IMG/VR virus record: IMGVR_UViG_3300016476_001378
Source of the DNA: a virus
Lineage: Duplodnaviria > Caudoviricetes
DNA: 64,000 nucleotides
Reading direction: 5' to 3' (one strand)
Shown here: positions 7,810 to 16,546 of the stretch, piece by piece
Position numbering within the stretch: position 1 is the stretch's first letter
Layout: every line of letters starts with the position of its first letter
Notes under the pieces: model-generated
Seen by the model: the letters and a program-made list of their open reading frames with translations, nothing else
Database searches by the model: none
What the model was told of the DNA's origin: nothing
Made by a program: the position numbers and the translations under genes

Positions 7810-7820
7810 GTTAATCTCCT

Positions 7821-8510
7821 TTATGCGGTGATTGCACGGGAACCGTGCAATCCAACCTTCCCACCAGCGGAATAACCTGCACTATAAGCAGATGAACCAG
7901 TGTTTACGCCTAGTGTTTTGCCTGTAGTCAATCTAAACTGACTATAAGCATACCTATCGTTCTCTTTTCTAGCCAAGTCGTAAGGGTTTACAACGATAAG
8001 GGCATTACCTTGTTGTTCACGTACAATCTCTTGTTGTTTTTCAACAAAGCGTTGTTCCAATCGCTTTACCATTCCATTTCGAAATGCATTACCATAAGTT
8101 TTACCTTGGCTACGGTCAAAGTTATTGGACTTTAGATATTCTTTGGTCTCAAAGTCAATCACATTGCAAAGGTAAGTGAACATCATCTTTGCAGTTTCAC
8201 GGTTGGTTTCTTTACCTACAATAATGTAGGTTCCAGTGCCGGGTCGCAGAATGAGATTGCAAAAGTGGGACTTGCAAAGAGCGTGGAGTAGGATAGTCTT
8301 CCAAGTGGGGAATGAACGTCCACCGGGCTTGAAATCTTCATGCGACACATCTTCTTGTTCCGTTGCAACAATCTCAGACATAGACAGATTGTACTTAGCC
8401 AGTAAATCCATTGCCATGCGTGTAGCATTGGTTGCTTCGTTCTCATTCGGGTTATTCCCGCCAAGAGCCAACAGTTTCTGAATCTTTTCAATAATGTTTT
8501 TGCTTACCAT
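7821..8510 (-). CDS. DUF2786-domain protein
   Basis: IIEKIQKLLALG..N.NENEA..A...A..LLAKYNLS. Confidence 0.8.
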   Translation of the reverse strand: MVSKNIIEKIQKLLALGGNNPNENEATNATRMAMDLLAKYNLSMSEIVATEQEDVSHEDFKPGGRSFPTWKTILLHALCKSHFCNLILRPGTGTYIIVGKETNRETAKMMFTYLCNVIDFETKEYLKSNNFDRSQGKTYGNAFRNGMVKRLEQRFVEKQQEIVREQQGNALIVVNPYDLARKENDRYAYSQFRLTTGKTLGVNTGSSAYSAGYSAGGKVGLHGSRAITA

Positions 8511-8563
8511 ACTACTATAGAAAAGACAGATTGTTTTTAAGATAAAAAGGGGGCGGATCTATT

Positions 8564-8606
8564 TTTACGTGCGGTTACGTGCGATTTACGAGCGATTTAC
8601 GTGCGG
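8564..8606. repeat. Four tandem copies of about 11 bp, TTTACGTGCGA
   Basis: tttacgtgcgg ttacgtgcga tttacgagcga tttacgtgcgg, upstream of a promoter motif. Confidence 0.85.
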
Positions 8607-8648
8607 CCCCTTCCCCCCAGAATTTACAAAGGACTAAAAAAGCATGGT

Positions 8649-9089
8649 CTATGCGACCATGCCTTCGTAATAACCGTATATTTCACCAGCGTTGCCAGAT
8701 TGAACCGTGGTGTAGTATCCGTTTACATTAATAAGATGCAAACCACAGACTATCTCACCTGAATCGTAGACACTCCAAATCTTTTCTGGGTTATCATTGG
8801 CAAACTTTGTAATAAAGTCCCAATTATCTGTGTCTTTCTCAATAAAACAGCCCTTGTTTCTATTCAACACATACTTGTCAAAAAATGAATCTTCAGTTGG
8901 AAAATCAATCTCGCCCTCGTCTTCAATCTCATACTTGTCAATGCGAGTGTTATACTCTTCTAGAATGTGAGCCTTGAAATACTTTTTGGCATCATTCTCA
9001 TTGTATGCATAAACATAAACTGAGTTGTCTTCGCCATGGAGGTCGATAAAGTCAAAATAATAACGATGAAGTTTTGCTGTAGTTTCCAT
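8649..9089 (-). CDS. Hypothetical protein
   Basis: 146-aa ORF; ATG abuts the promoter motif. Confidence 0.7.
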   Translation of the reverse strand: METTAKLHRYYFDFIDLHGEDNSVYVYAYNENDAKKYFKAHILEEYNTRIDKYEIEDEGEIDFPTEDSFFDKYVLNRNKGCFIEKDTDNWDFITKFANDNPEKIWSVYDSGEIVCGLHLINVNGYYTTVQSGNAGEIYGYYEGMVA

Positions 9090-9115
9090 ACTACTATAGA
9101 TGGACAGTTTTGTTT

Positions 9116-9421
9116 TTAAGATGGAACTTCTTCTGTGTCAGTGAAAAACAAGTTAATCTTTTGGTTGGTGTTTATAGCGTGTATATACAAACCCTCAAAT
9201 AATTCTGATGTAATTTCATAAAAAGCCCCTAGTAAATTACTACCAATGAATAACCAAATAAAACCAACAACGGGGCCGAAGAAAAAACCAAAGAAATTAA
9301 GTGCTAATAAGAATAAAGTAATTCCCGCAAGAATACACCATAAAATTGCTACATAAATACAAAAAATTGCTTTAATGATTAAGTAAACACTCCAGGCGAA
9401 AATTATTCTTATTGCTTCCAT
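9116..9421 (-). CDS. Membrane protein
   Basis: Long hydrophobic N-terminal two thirds. Confidence 0.55.
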   Translation of the reverse strand: MEAIRIIFAWSVYLIIKAIFCIYVAILWCILAGITLFLLALNFFGFFFGPVVGFIWLFIGSNLLGAFYEITSELFEGLYIHAINTNQKINLFFTDTEEVPS

Positions 9422-9544
9422 GATTTATTATCGGCCCCATTTAATTAAAATTGTATTAGACCTCTATAAGGGTCTATTATTTCTTCTTTTCTCTTTTTAT
9501 TAATAGTCTTAATTAAAATAAAAAAGGGGACTGCTGCGATGATA

Positions 9545-9889
9545 CTAAGTGCTACTACTAACTTCCCTTGTGTTGTCATTATTATTCTCCAGGAAAAATT
9601 TCTTTGTATCGTAGAAGAATTGTTTATCTAATACAATAGCAATCTTAGTGCCTTCAATATTCCCAAGAAAAGTACACGTCATTGTGTCTAACTTATTTTG
9701 AATAAGTACTTGCATTTCTTTATACTTATCCTTGAGATAAATGGAGTTTGTTTGTCTCCCACTACGAATGTCAAATAGAGTACAACTCTTGGCAAATTTT
9801 AGATAATCTACTAGGGTGTATGTAGAGGTGATTTCTTCTGCTGTAAGAGTGTTTAACTCTAGGTTTGGTTCTACGAGTGTTTCTAACAT
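9545..9889 (-). CDS. Hypothetical protein
   Basis: GGAG SD, 114 aa. Confidence 0.6.
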   Translation of the reverse strand: MLETLVEPNLELNTLTAEEITSTYTLVDYLKFAKSCTLFDIRSGRQTNSIYLKDKYKEMQVLIQNKLDTMTCTFLGNIEGTKIAIVLDKQFFYDTKKFFLENNNDNTREVSSST

Positions 9890-9970
9890 TTCACTACTCC
9901 AATGTAATTGTTGTCACTAATTACATAATTTATTATTATAACAGAAATACCTTTGAGAAATAAATAAAAA

Positions 9971-10043
9971 TGGGCGATACAGGATTCGAACCTGTAACCT
10001 TCAAATTATGAGTTTGCTACTCTTACCGTTGAGTTAATCGCCC
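9971..10043 (-). tRNA. tRNA with CAT anticodon (probably Ile2, lysidine type; elongator Met not excluded)
   Basis: GGGCGAT...ATCGCCC-A, loop CTCATAA, no initiator features. Confidence 0.85.
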
Positions 10044-10050
10044 CCCTTTT

Positions 10051-10263
10051 TTAATCGTCGCTGTGTGTTTTTTGTGGTTTGATTTCTACATGGTAAGCCA
10101 CTTTTTCTTCTTCAAAACAATATCTTAATGAATCTAAGAATTCTTTTCTATCATTATAATAAAGTCCCTGAAGCATTTTTACCATCTCTTCTTCTGAAAC
10201 TTCTGAATCTTCATCCGCAGTGATGTCAATATCAAAAGATAAATTTAGTCTGTACTTTGCCAT
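10051..10263 (-). CDS. Hypothetical protein
   Basis: 70 aa; promoter motif at 10289. Confidence 0.55.
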   Translation of the reverse strand: MAKYRLNLSFDIDITADEDSEVSEEEMVKMLQGLYYNDRKEFLDSLRYCFEEEKVAYHVEIKPQKTHSDD

Positions 10264-10404
10264 TTGCTTTTTCCGGAGTTAATAGTTGATACTATTATAG
10301 ACTCTAATGCTCGATTTTTAAGTTCGAATTTAGTCCTTTGTAAATGCTGGCCCTAAGGGGCTCGAAAACTGTTGAGTTATTCGAATTTTTAGAATAAGTG
10401 TTTA

Positions 10405-10477
<73 letters not shown>

Positions 10478-10480
10478 AAA

Positions 10481-10562
10481 TCCCCCAGACCAGACTTGAA
10501 CTGGTACTCCTTGCGGAATAGCATTTTAAGTGCTACGTGTCTGCCGATTTCACCACCGGGGG
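10481..10562 (-). tRNA. tRNA-Leu(TAA)
   Basis: Anticodon arm TAGCA-CTTAAAA-TGCTA, long variable arm. Confidence 0.92.
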
Positions 10563-10583
10563 TTATTTATTTATGGTATTATT

Positions 10584-11027
10584 TCAAATATTTTTGTGAA
10601 TATTTTTCCCTTTATAATTGTCGGTATAACTATGACAATTAGGGCATAATAATTGAAGATTATTTATTGAATTATTATTTCTATTTCCATCAATATGGTG
10701 TAATTCTAATTTCAAAGGCTTGTCTAACCAAACTGACAATTTACAAACTTCACATTTGTTTTCTTTAATTCCATCATTTAATAATCTTTTTCTTAATTTA
10801 TTTGATTGATATTGAGGATGTTTCCCATTTATTATATCATCCAATTCAAATCTGTGGGCAAATTTTTTATTTATACCTTTGCCTGATTGATTTGTAGAAT
10901 AACATCCCAACTTAATTGCACGTCTTTTAAAAGTACTGAATTGCATACCAATCTTAGCACAAGCTGATGCCATAGAAATTGATTCATTGCAAATCTTAAT
11001 AAATTCTTCGTCGTTTATTTTTTCCAT
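10584..11027 (-). CDS. HNH homing endonuclease
   Basis: CEVC...LELHHIDGNRNNN...NLQLLCPNCHS; adjacent to tRNA-Leu. Confidence 0.9.
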   Translation of the reverse strand: MEKINDEEFIKICNESISMASACAKIGMQFSTFKRRAIKLGCYSTNQSGKGINKKFAHRFELDDIINGKHPQYQSNKLRKRLLNDGIKENKCEVCKLSVWLDKPLKLELHHIDGNRNNNSINNLQLLCPNCHSYTDNYKGKNIHKNI

Positions 11028-11188
11028 AATAAGTATATTCTTATTTAAATAAGATTATACCTACACTTTAAATACTCTATCCGACTGTGTGCCACAATAG
11101 TATTCTCATCATAATGATTGCAATTGCTATCTACACATAAATATTATCTTACATTATTATAGAAAAGAGTATTTAGTTTTTAAGATGT

Positions 11189-11515
11189 TTAGTGAAATCT
11201 TTCGATAAAATTTTTTCTCTGCTCGGTGACATTATCAGGATTCAAGTTAATAGATTGCATAATCTTATAGTCTCTTGTGTTGAGTTGCCCCATTAATATT
11301 TTATCGTAGTTGGCATCAATGTAGATACCTTGGGCGATGGTTTCGAGTTGGTTGATTTTATAAGCACCAGCGGACACTAAGACCAAAGTCAAGAAGCACA
11401 CAAAGCCCATCAAGATTTCTATTTCATGCTTTGCAATAAAGGCATTCCAGTCTTTCTTTACAGGAGCATTAACAACGACACCGCCAACGCCACTTAGATT
11501 AGAGTTTGTATTCAT
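11189..11515 (-). CDS. Single-pass membrane protein
   Basis: One hydrophobic helix; ATG abuts the promoter motif. Confidence 0.6.
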   Translation of the reverse strand: MNTNSNLSGVGGVVVNAPVKKDWNAFIAKHEIEILMGFVCFLTLVLVSAGAYKINQLETIAQGIYIDANYDKILMGQLNTRDYKIMQSINLNPDNVTEQRKNFIERFH

Positions 11516-11541
11516 ACTATTATAGAATCCTTTTTCGATTT

Positions 11542-11802
11542 TTAAGACAGAATCTGATACCTACCACCAGTTTGTTCATTGGCGATTTCTTTTATTCTGT
11601 CGAGGGTTTCTTCATGCCCGATGTATCTCTGAAGAGTCTTCGAAATCTTTTCCCAATTACGACCAGCCTCTTCACTTACGAAAACCGCAAGAGAATTGGT
11701 ATCAGCCTTCTTGGCGTATTTACCATTTAATGGATTGACAAACAACCAATAAGTTTGGTTGAGGCTTGTGTCAACTGGCGATAAAAGAGGTGATTCGTTC
11801 AT
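11542..11802 (-). CDS. Hypothetical protein
   Basis: 86 aa; GAGG SD. Confidence 0.55.
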   Translation of the reverse strand: MNESPLLSPVDTSLNQTYWLFVNPLNGKYAKKADTNSLAVFVSEEAGRNWEKISKTLQRYIGHEETLDRIKEIANEQTGGRYQILS

Positions 11803-11992
11803 CTATGTCCAAAACCTCAACAGGGGAAGCAAGTTCTCCACACTCTGAGCAATAGTCTTCATCTTCTTCTGCACCATGTCCGAAAGCCTCTAGGAAAGAA
11901 TCAACCGAATCTGGTTCGATGTCAGAGATGGAGTTTACAACTTCGGAGTTGTCACAATGCTGATTCATGCATTTTAGAATAATAGTAGTCAT
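11771..11992 (-). CDS. Small zinc-ribbon-like protein
   Basis: CxxxxC ... CSEC; promoter motif directly upstream. Confidence 0.55.
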   Translation of the reverse strand: MTTIILKCMNQHCDNSEVVNSISDIEPDSVDSFLEAFGHGAEEDEDYCSECGELASPVEVLDIDERITSFIAS

Positions 11993-12035
11993 GTTATTAT
12001 AGAAATCCTTTATTAGTTTTTAAGATAGAAACCCC

Positions 12036-12215
12036 TTAGTCAATAAATGACTCCAGAATTTCCCAGCCACGCTGAATCATCAATTCTAACATCTGCTCTT
12101 CATTGCCAGCAAGAAAGTCTTCAGCCTCTTTATCAGTCCATTCTGGGCGAAGTTGTTTAACATCTGTGATGTCCCATGAAGTGTTGCAATAACGTGTTGG
12201 TTCTTGATTTTCCAT
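12036..12215 (-). CDS. Small hypothetical protein (59 aa, not in ORF track)
   Basis: MENQEPTRYCNTSWDITDVKQLRPEWTDKEAEDFL...; promoter motif at 12238. Confidence 0.6.
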   Translation of the reverse strand: MENQEPTRYCNTSWDITDVKQLRPEWTDKEAEDFLAGNEEQMLELMIQRGWEILESFID

Positions 12216-12420
12216 AATGTTTAATCCCTTTGCTTGATACTATTATAGGCCCCAATTTTATTTTTTAAGATGTAATTTAAGCCTTTGTAAATTTTGGGGC
12301 GAGGCAAAAATTGAACACAGAAAACTTATGTGTTTAATTCTGTGTTCAATTCTGTGTTTAATTATGGTATGTTCCAAAATGGAACATACCACTCTGAACT
12401 GTTTCCATTTAGGAAAGAGT

Positions 12421-12678
12421 TCAATCCATTGCTTGGCTTACTACATCCAAGACTTTATCCCAGTAAGTACCTTGTTGACAATCGTATGAATCATAAAGAT
12501 TCTTTACAACCTCTTTGCAGAATTTAGTTTCATCTGCTGTGCTTATTCCATCTGCTAAAGATAAAATATCTCGTCTTGTCCAAGTTTCAACATAGAAATC
12601 AGGATACTTATCTCGAAATTCTTTCAGTTCAAATTGAAATTGGCTTTCTCGATTATTTGTTTCAAAACTATTTTCCAT
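12421..12678 (-). CDS. Hypothetical protein
   Basis: ATG 12678 with AAGGA SD, just after the ligase stop. Confidence 0.6.
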   Translation of the reverse strand: MENSFETNNRESQFQFELKEFRDKYPDFYVETWTRRDILSLADGISTADETKFCKEVVKNLYDSYDCQQGTYWDKVLDVVSQAMD

Positions 12679-12682
12679 TGTC

Positions 12683-13840
12683 TTATCCTTGTAAATCTGC
12701 TTCACGTTGATTGATTGCACGACCAAACTGTGGAATGTTGTCCTTAGTGTATGCTTGGAATCTTACAGTCCAGTATGTTCCAATTAAAGAGTCTTTCTTT
12801 TGGTACAGTTCACGGCGGTATTCCATTGTGCCGACAGGTGATGTTTCGAAAACTCTACCTTCAGGTGTCTCTAGTAGGAAGATTGCGGCTCCTACAAATT
12901 TACCTTTGCCATCAATGACATCTACTACCTTAAACTCTTCTTCTAAGAAGTCTTTAAGTTTCAGCAATTGGTTTGTACGTTGACCAATCTTATAACCTAC
13001 ACCATGTAGTCTCAGCATGGTTCCTTCCCAACCTTCTTTAACAAACTGTTCATGCAGAGGATAGATTTCCTCTTGTGTTTCGATTGTATGGGAAGGTGCA
13101 AGGACAACCTGTGGGTTGTTAGTATCTTCTACTATCTGCTTACAAATCTTGTAGCGTTCTGTGTAGCACAAGTCTGGTGCTATGACATCATAAATGCGAT
13201 ACAAGAGTTTGGTGGACAATTCTCGGTATTTCTTTACAGCGGAAACTGTATCTTGTAGTGGGTAGCCTTCTGGAAGAATAAGTTCACCATCAACAACATA
13301 GTCTCCACACTTTACACCAAAGAGATGACCGACAATTTTCTTGTCGAATTCTTTGCCTCTGCGTGACCACATTTTATCGCCATTCGAAAGACATCGAACA
13401 CCATCGAATTTTGGTTGAACAGTAAGAGGGAATTCAATTGTATGAATCTTATCGCCCAGAGGATAAGCAAGCATTGGGAGGACAAGAGAATCTTCGGGCG
13501 ATTCGCCAATCTCGCAATAGCCCTTGTCCTTCTGGGTCTTAAAGGTAGAATTGATTTCGAAAATTGCTTGGTCTTTAGGGGTAGTCTCATTGGAACGACC
13601 AATGTTTTTACCAACAATGGTAACCAAAGCAGATGTAGTAATCTTTGAAATACCCGACCCCTCAAGAGCCTTCAAGTCATCAGCAGATTGAATGTTATTT
13701 GTGTTCTTGCCGATACTTTGGCAATAGGTAGTATAGGTGAAATAATCTGTACCATCGGTGGATACATGACCCTGCCAATACTTAGTCTTGCCAGTGGAGG
13801 TTGATGCTTGAAGAAGAGGAGTAGAGTAAATTGTATTCAT
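12683..13840 (-). CDS. lig: ATP-dependent DNA ligase
   Basis: Motif I QPKFDGVR, DGEL, YDV, EGTMLR, LLKLK; C-terminal OB fold. Confidence 0.93.
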   Translation of the reverse strand: MNTIYSTPLLQASTSTGKTKYWQGHVSTDGTDYFTYTTYCQSIGKNTNNIQSADDLKALEGSGISKITTSALVTIVGKNIGRSNETTPKDQAIFEINSTFKTQKDKGYCEIGESPEDSLVLPMLAYPLGDKIHTIEFPLTVQPKFDGVRCLSNGDKMWSRRGKEFDKKIVGHLFGVKCGDYVVDGELILPEGYPLQDTVSAVKKYRELSTKLLYRIYDVIAPDLCYTERYKICKQIVEDTNNPQVVLAPSHTIETQEEIYPLHEQFVKEGWEGTMLRLHGVGYKIGQRTNQLLKLKDFLEEEFKVVDVIDGKGKFVGAAIFLLETPEGRVFETSPVGTMEYRRELYQKKDSLIGTYWTVRFQAYTKDNIPQFGRAINQREADLQG

Positions 13841-13877
13841 ACTATTATAGAAGCCCCTTTATTTTTTTATGATAGAA

Positions 13878-14336
13878 TTATTCTTCGTCTTCGATACATT
13901 CACAATCAGATTTATGTTCGCAACAGACATCACAATAGTCTGCGTCCTCGTCTTCTAATTCTTCATCATCATAACCTAAGAGCCACCCTGGGAGTCCATC
14001 GGTGTTCTGCTCTTCTTCGCAATCATCATCGCCCTCATAACGATTAAATTGATGTATCCATCGCATTGAACACTCATCGCCATCTTCGTCGATATAATCA
14101 ATTTCTTCTGCGAATTCCTCATTCAAGGAATACTCAATGCCGTCAGCCTTCATTCGCTCACAGAAAATACCCATGTCGCAATCTTCTTCAAGATAAACGA
14201 TACCAGCATTGTGGTCAACATAAGAGTAGCCTGAAATAAGTTTCGAGATTCTTAAATCACGAAGATACTCAAGAGGCACAGCACAATAACAATGACCACC
14301 ATCATCATAGACAGTAAAAGTTTTAACTTCAGACAT
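13878..14336 (-). CDS. Hypothetical protein with acidic Cys-containing tail
   Basis: D.GH...VP...L..L.I...IS.YSY...YLEEDCD pattern. Confidence 0.7.
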   Translation of the reverse strand: MSEVKTFTVYDDGGHCYCAVPLEYLRDLRISKLISGYSYVDHNAGIVYLEEDCDMGIFCERMKADGIEYSLNEEFAEEIDYIDEDGDECSMRWIHQFNRYEGDDDCEEEQNTDGLPGWLLGYDDEELEDEDADYCDVCCEHKSDCECIEDEE

Positions 14337-14417
14337 CGAATAATTCCTTTAATTGGTTTTCTATTATAGAAAAGACTTATAAGATTTTAAGACAGAAGGG
14401 GAATAAATCCCCCACTA

Positions 14418-14999
14418 TCAGACAATAACAGCGACAGGAACCAAGACAATCTTGCCACCAGTAACACTAATCTTATAATTAGCATTTAAAGGGGCTTTGA
14501 AAAGCAGGTTGTTGTAACGGTCACTGGTGTACCACTTGCTATTCTTTGTAGACTTATTGCTAATAGTAATCTTGTTATTAGCAACGCTTACAGATGCACT
14601 CTCGCCTGGAGCAGTAACAGGATTCATGTATTTAACAGGGATGCGAATTCGCCCACGAGAATCTGGCTTGACAATAGAATCATCAGACTTTACTGTGCCA
14701 TTCTTATCTGTGACATTCTTATGCTCAACTTCGTTACGGAAGACATTCTTAATCGATGATTGGGAAGCACTAGCGGGATGATACACCGCTTGGTCAGAAA
14801 CAAAAGTGCGGCTGAAATCACCCATGCAATCTGTGAAATACATCTTAGTAACGTACTTCTCTACTAAGTCCATGTCAATTACAACATTGGTCGGAACACT
14901 GATGGTCTTCAAAACCTGAACCAATGAAAATGGTTGGGAAGCAGAGATGAGTGTGGCAACAGCCTTTGATGTTGCGTTCTTAAGAATCGTATTGGACAT
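14418..14999 (-). CDS. Hypothetical protein, possible AbrB-like C-terminal domain
   Basis: DSRGRIRIP motif; GAGGAG SD. Confidence 0.6.
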   Translation of the reverse strand: MSNTILKNATSKAVATLISASQPFSLVQVLKTISVPTNVVIDMDLVEKYVTKMYFTDCMGDFSRTFVSDQAVYHPASASQSSIKNVFRNEVEHKNVTDKNGTVKSDDSIVKPDSRGRIRIPVKYMNPVTAPGESASVSVANNKITISNKSTKNSKWYTSDRYNNLLFKAPLNANYKISVTGGKIVLVPVAVIV

Positions 15000-15174
15000 T
15001 TAGTCTCCTCAATTGTTTGATACTACTATAGATACCACATTCGAAATTTAAGATAGAATTTAAGCCTTTGTAAAACCTGGGGCGGGGCCCGGGCGACTCG
15101 AATTTTAAGAAGTTTTAATCCCGTCGAAATCCACAGGTTTAAAATAAATAAAGGGGGCATAAGCCCCCTTTTGA

Positions 15175-16257
15175 TTAGAGTTCCTGTGCAATAGCCCTCA
15201 GGAAATCCAAATCATTCTCGACCTCGTAGACATCTTGCCAAACTACGATGTCCTTATCTGCAAACTTGCTCGAAAGTTGGAAAGCAAGTTCATCATAGTC
15301 GTTCTGGTACAACCACTTGATAAGGGAGCGGACATTAACCTCTTGGTCAAGGAAATCATCCTCTTCCTCTTCGTCATCCCAGTCACACTCACACTCTTCG
15401 CAGTCACAGTCCTCACAATCATCCCACTCATCCTCATCCCAATCATCATTCTCTGTTGAGAAGCGGGAGTCGTAGACCGGGAGGTCAAGACGTTGGGTAC
15501 AAATGTCAACCACCTTGTACCGTGCAGTGCGGAGTTTCTGGCACTCGCAGTCGTGAGGAACACTCACAACATCAGCAGGGTCAATCTCAACGATGACAAG
15601 AGTGCCGTTGGTTCCACCAAAGCCCTGTGCATACTCAAGAGTACCTGCGTGGAGACCGACAGAACAACCACGGTTGGCATCATCATCAACGTAGTTACGA
15701 TAGACCTGAATCTCTTCGCCGACACCGTTGAAGATGCGACCCTTGCCGTCATCCTTACCCTTGAGCAACTGAGCGTTGCCAGCAGTGATTGAATAGAAAT
15801 CACTTGTCACTGCTTTGTAAGCAAGGAAGTTACCATTGGTCGTAACCGTAAGGTTGTTACGCTCAAGGAAGCGATACAACTCTTCGACAGAACGACGGGA
15901 TGGGTTCTTCTGCAACTTGGACAAGAAGCGGAGAAGAGGCATCGGGCTGAAGCCAGAATCACAGAACTGAAGGATGCGGTCAACGCAGAGAGAGTGGACA
16001 GACGAGCCACCGAAGTAGACTGCACCATTCTCGACCTTGATGTCTTCGTACTCGAAGAGATACTGGCGAACTGCCTTCTCTGGGGAAAGGAAGTTAACAA
16101 GGGACTCCCAGTCCTCCTTGCGATAAGCCTCTACTGCTTGACCAAAGAGAGGATTGTCATTACGCATGGTGTACTGCTTGGAATCAATGACAACGGAAAG
16201 GGAACCACCGTGTTCCTCGGAAAGTGACAAGATAGCGGACTGGACGTTAACACTCAT
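15175..16257 (-). CDS. rIIB: RIIB-like lysis inhibitor protein
   Basis: GNFLAYKAV, VDDD.N..CS.GLH, PADVVSVP.D motifs; follows rIIA. Confidence 0.88.
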   Translation of the reverse strand: MSVNVQSAILSLSEEHGGSLSVVIDSKQYTMRNDNPLFGQAVEAYRKEDWESLVNFLSPEKAVRQYLFEYEDIKVENGAVYFGGSSVHSLCVDRILQFCDSGFSPMPLLRFLSKLQKNPSRRSVEELYRFLERNNLTVTTNGNFLAYKAVTSDFYSITAGNAQLLKGKDDGKGRIFNGVGEEIQVYRNYVDDDANRGCSVGLHAGTLEYAQGFGGTNGTLVIVEIDPADVVSVPHDCECQKLRTARYKVVDICTQRLDLPVYDSRFSTENDDWDEDEWDDCEDCDCEECECDWDDEEEEDDFLDQEVNVRSLIKWLYQNDYDELAFQLSSKFADKDIVVWQDVYEVENDLDFLRAIAQEL

Positions 16258-16546
16258 TTTATTTTCTCCTGTGTAGATGCGACTACACTAATATAGAACA
16301 CAATAAAGATTTTTATGACAGAATGCACAACACTTGCTTTGCATTCCTGATACTACTATAGAGACCAAACTCATTTTTTAAGATAGAAAATAAGGCTTTG
16401 TAGATGCTGGCGCCCCGCCCGCCTAAGCCCCCTTATATTATCGTATTCTACAGTAAAGAACGGTATTACTAGTTAAATAATAAAACAAGAGGCCCCTTTT
16501 ATTGTGTTTGTGAAGGTTGAAAGGTATTGGGGGCCTCTTGTTTTAT

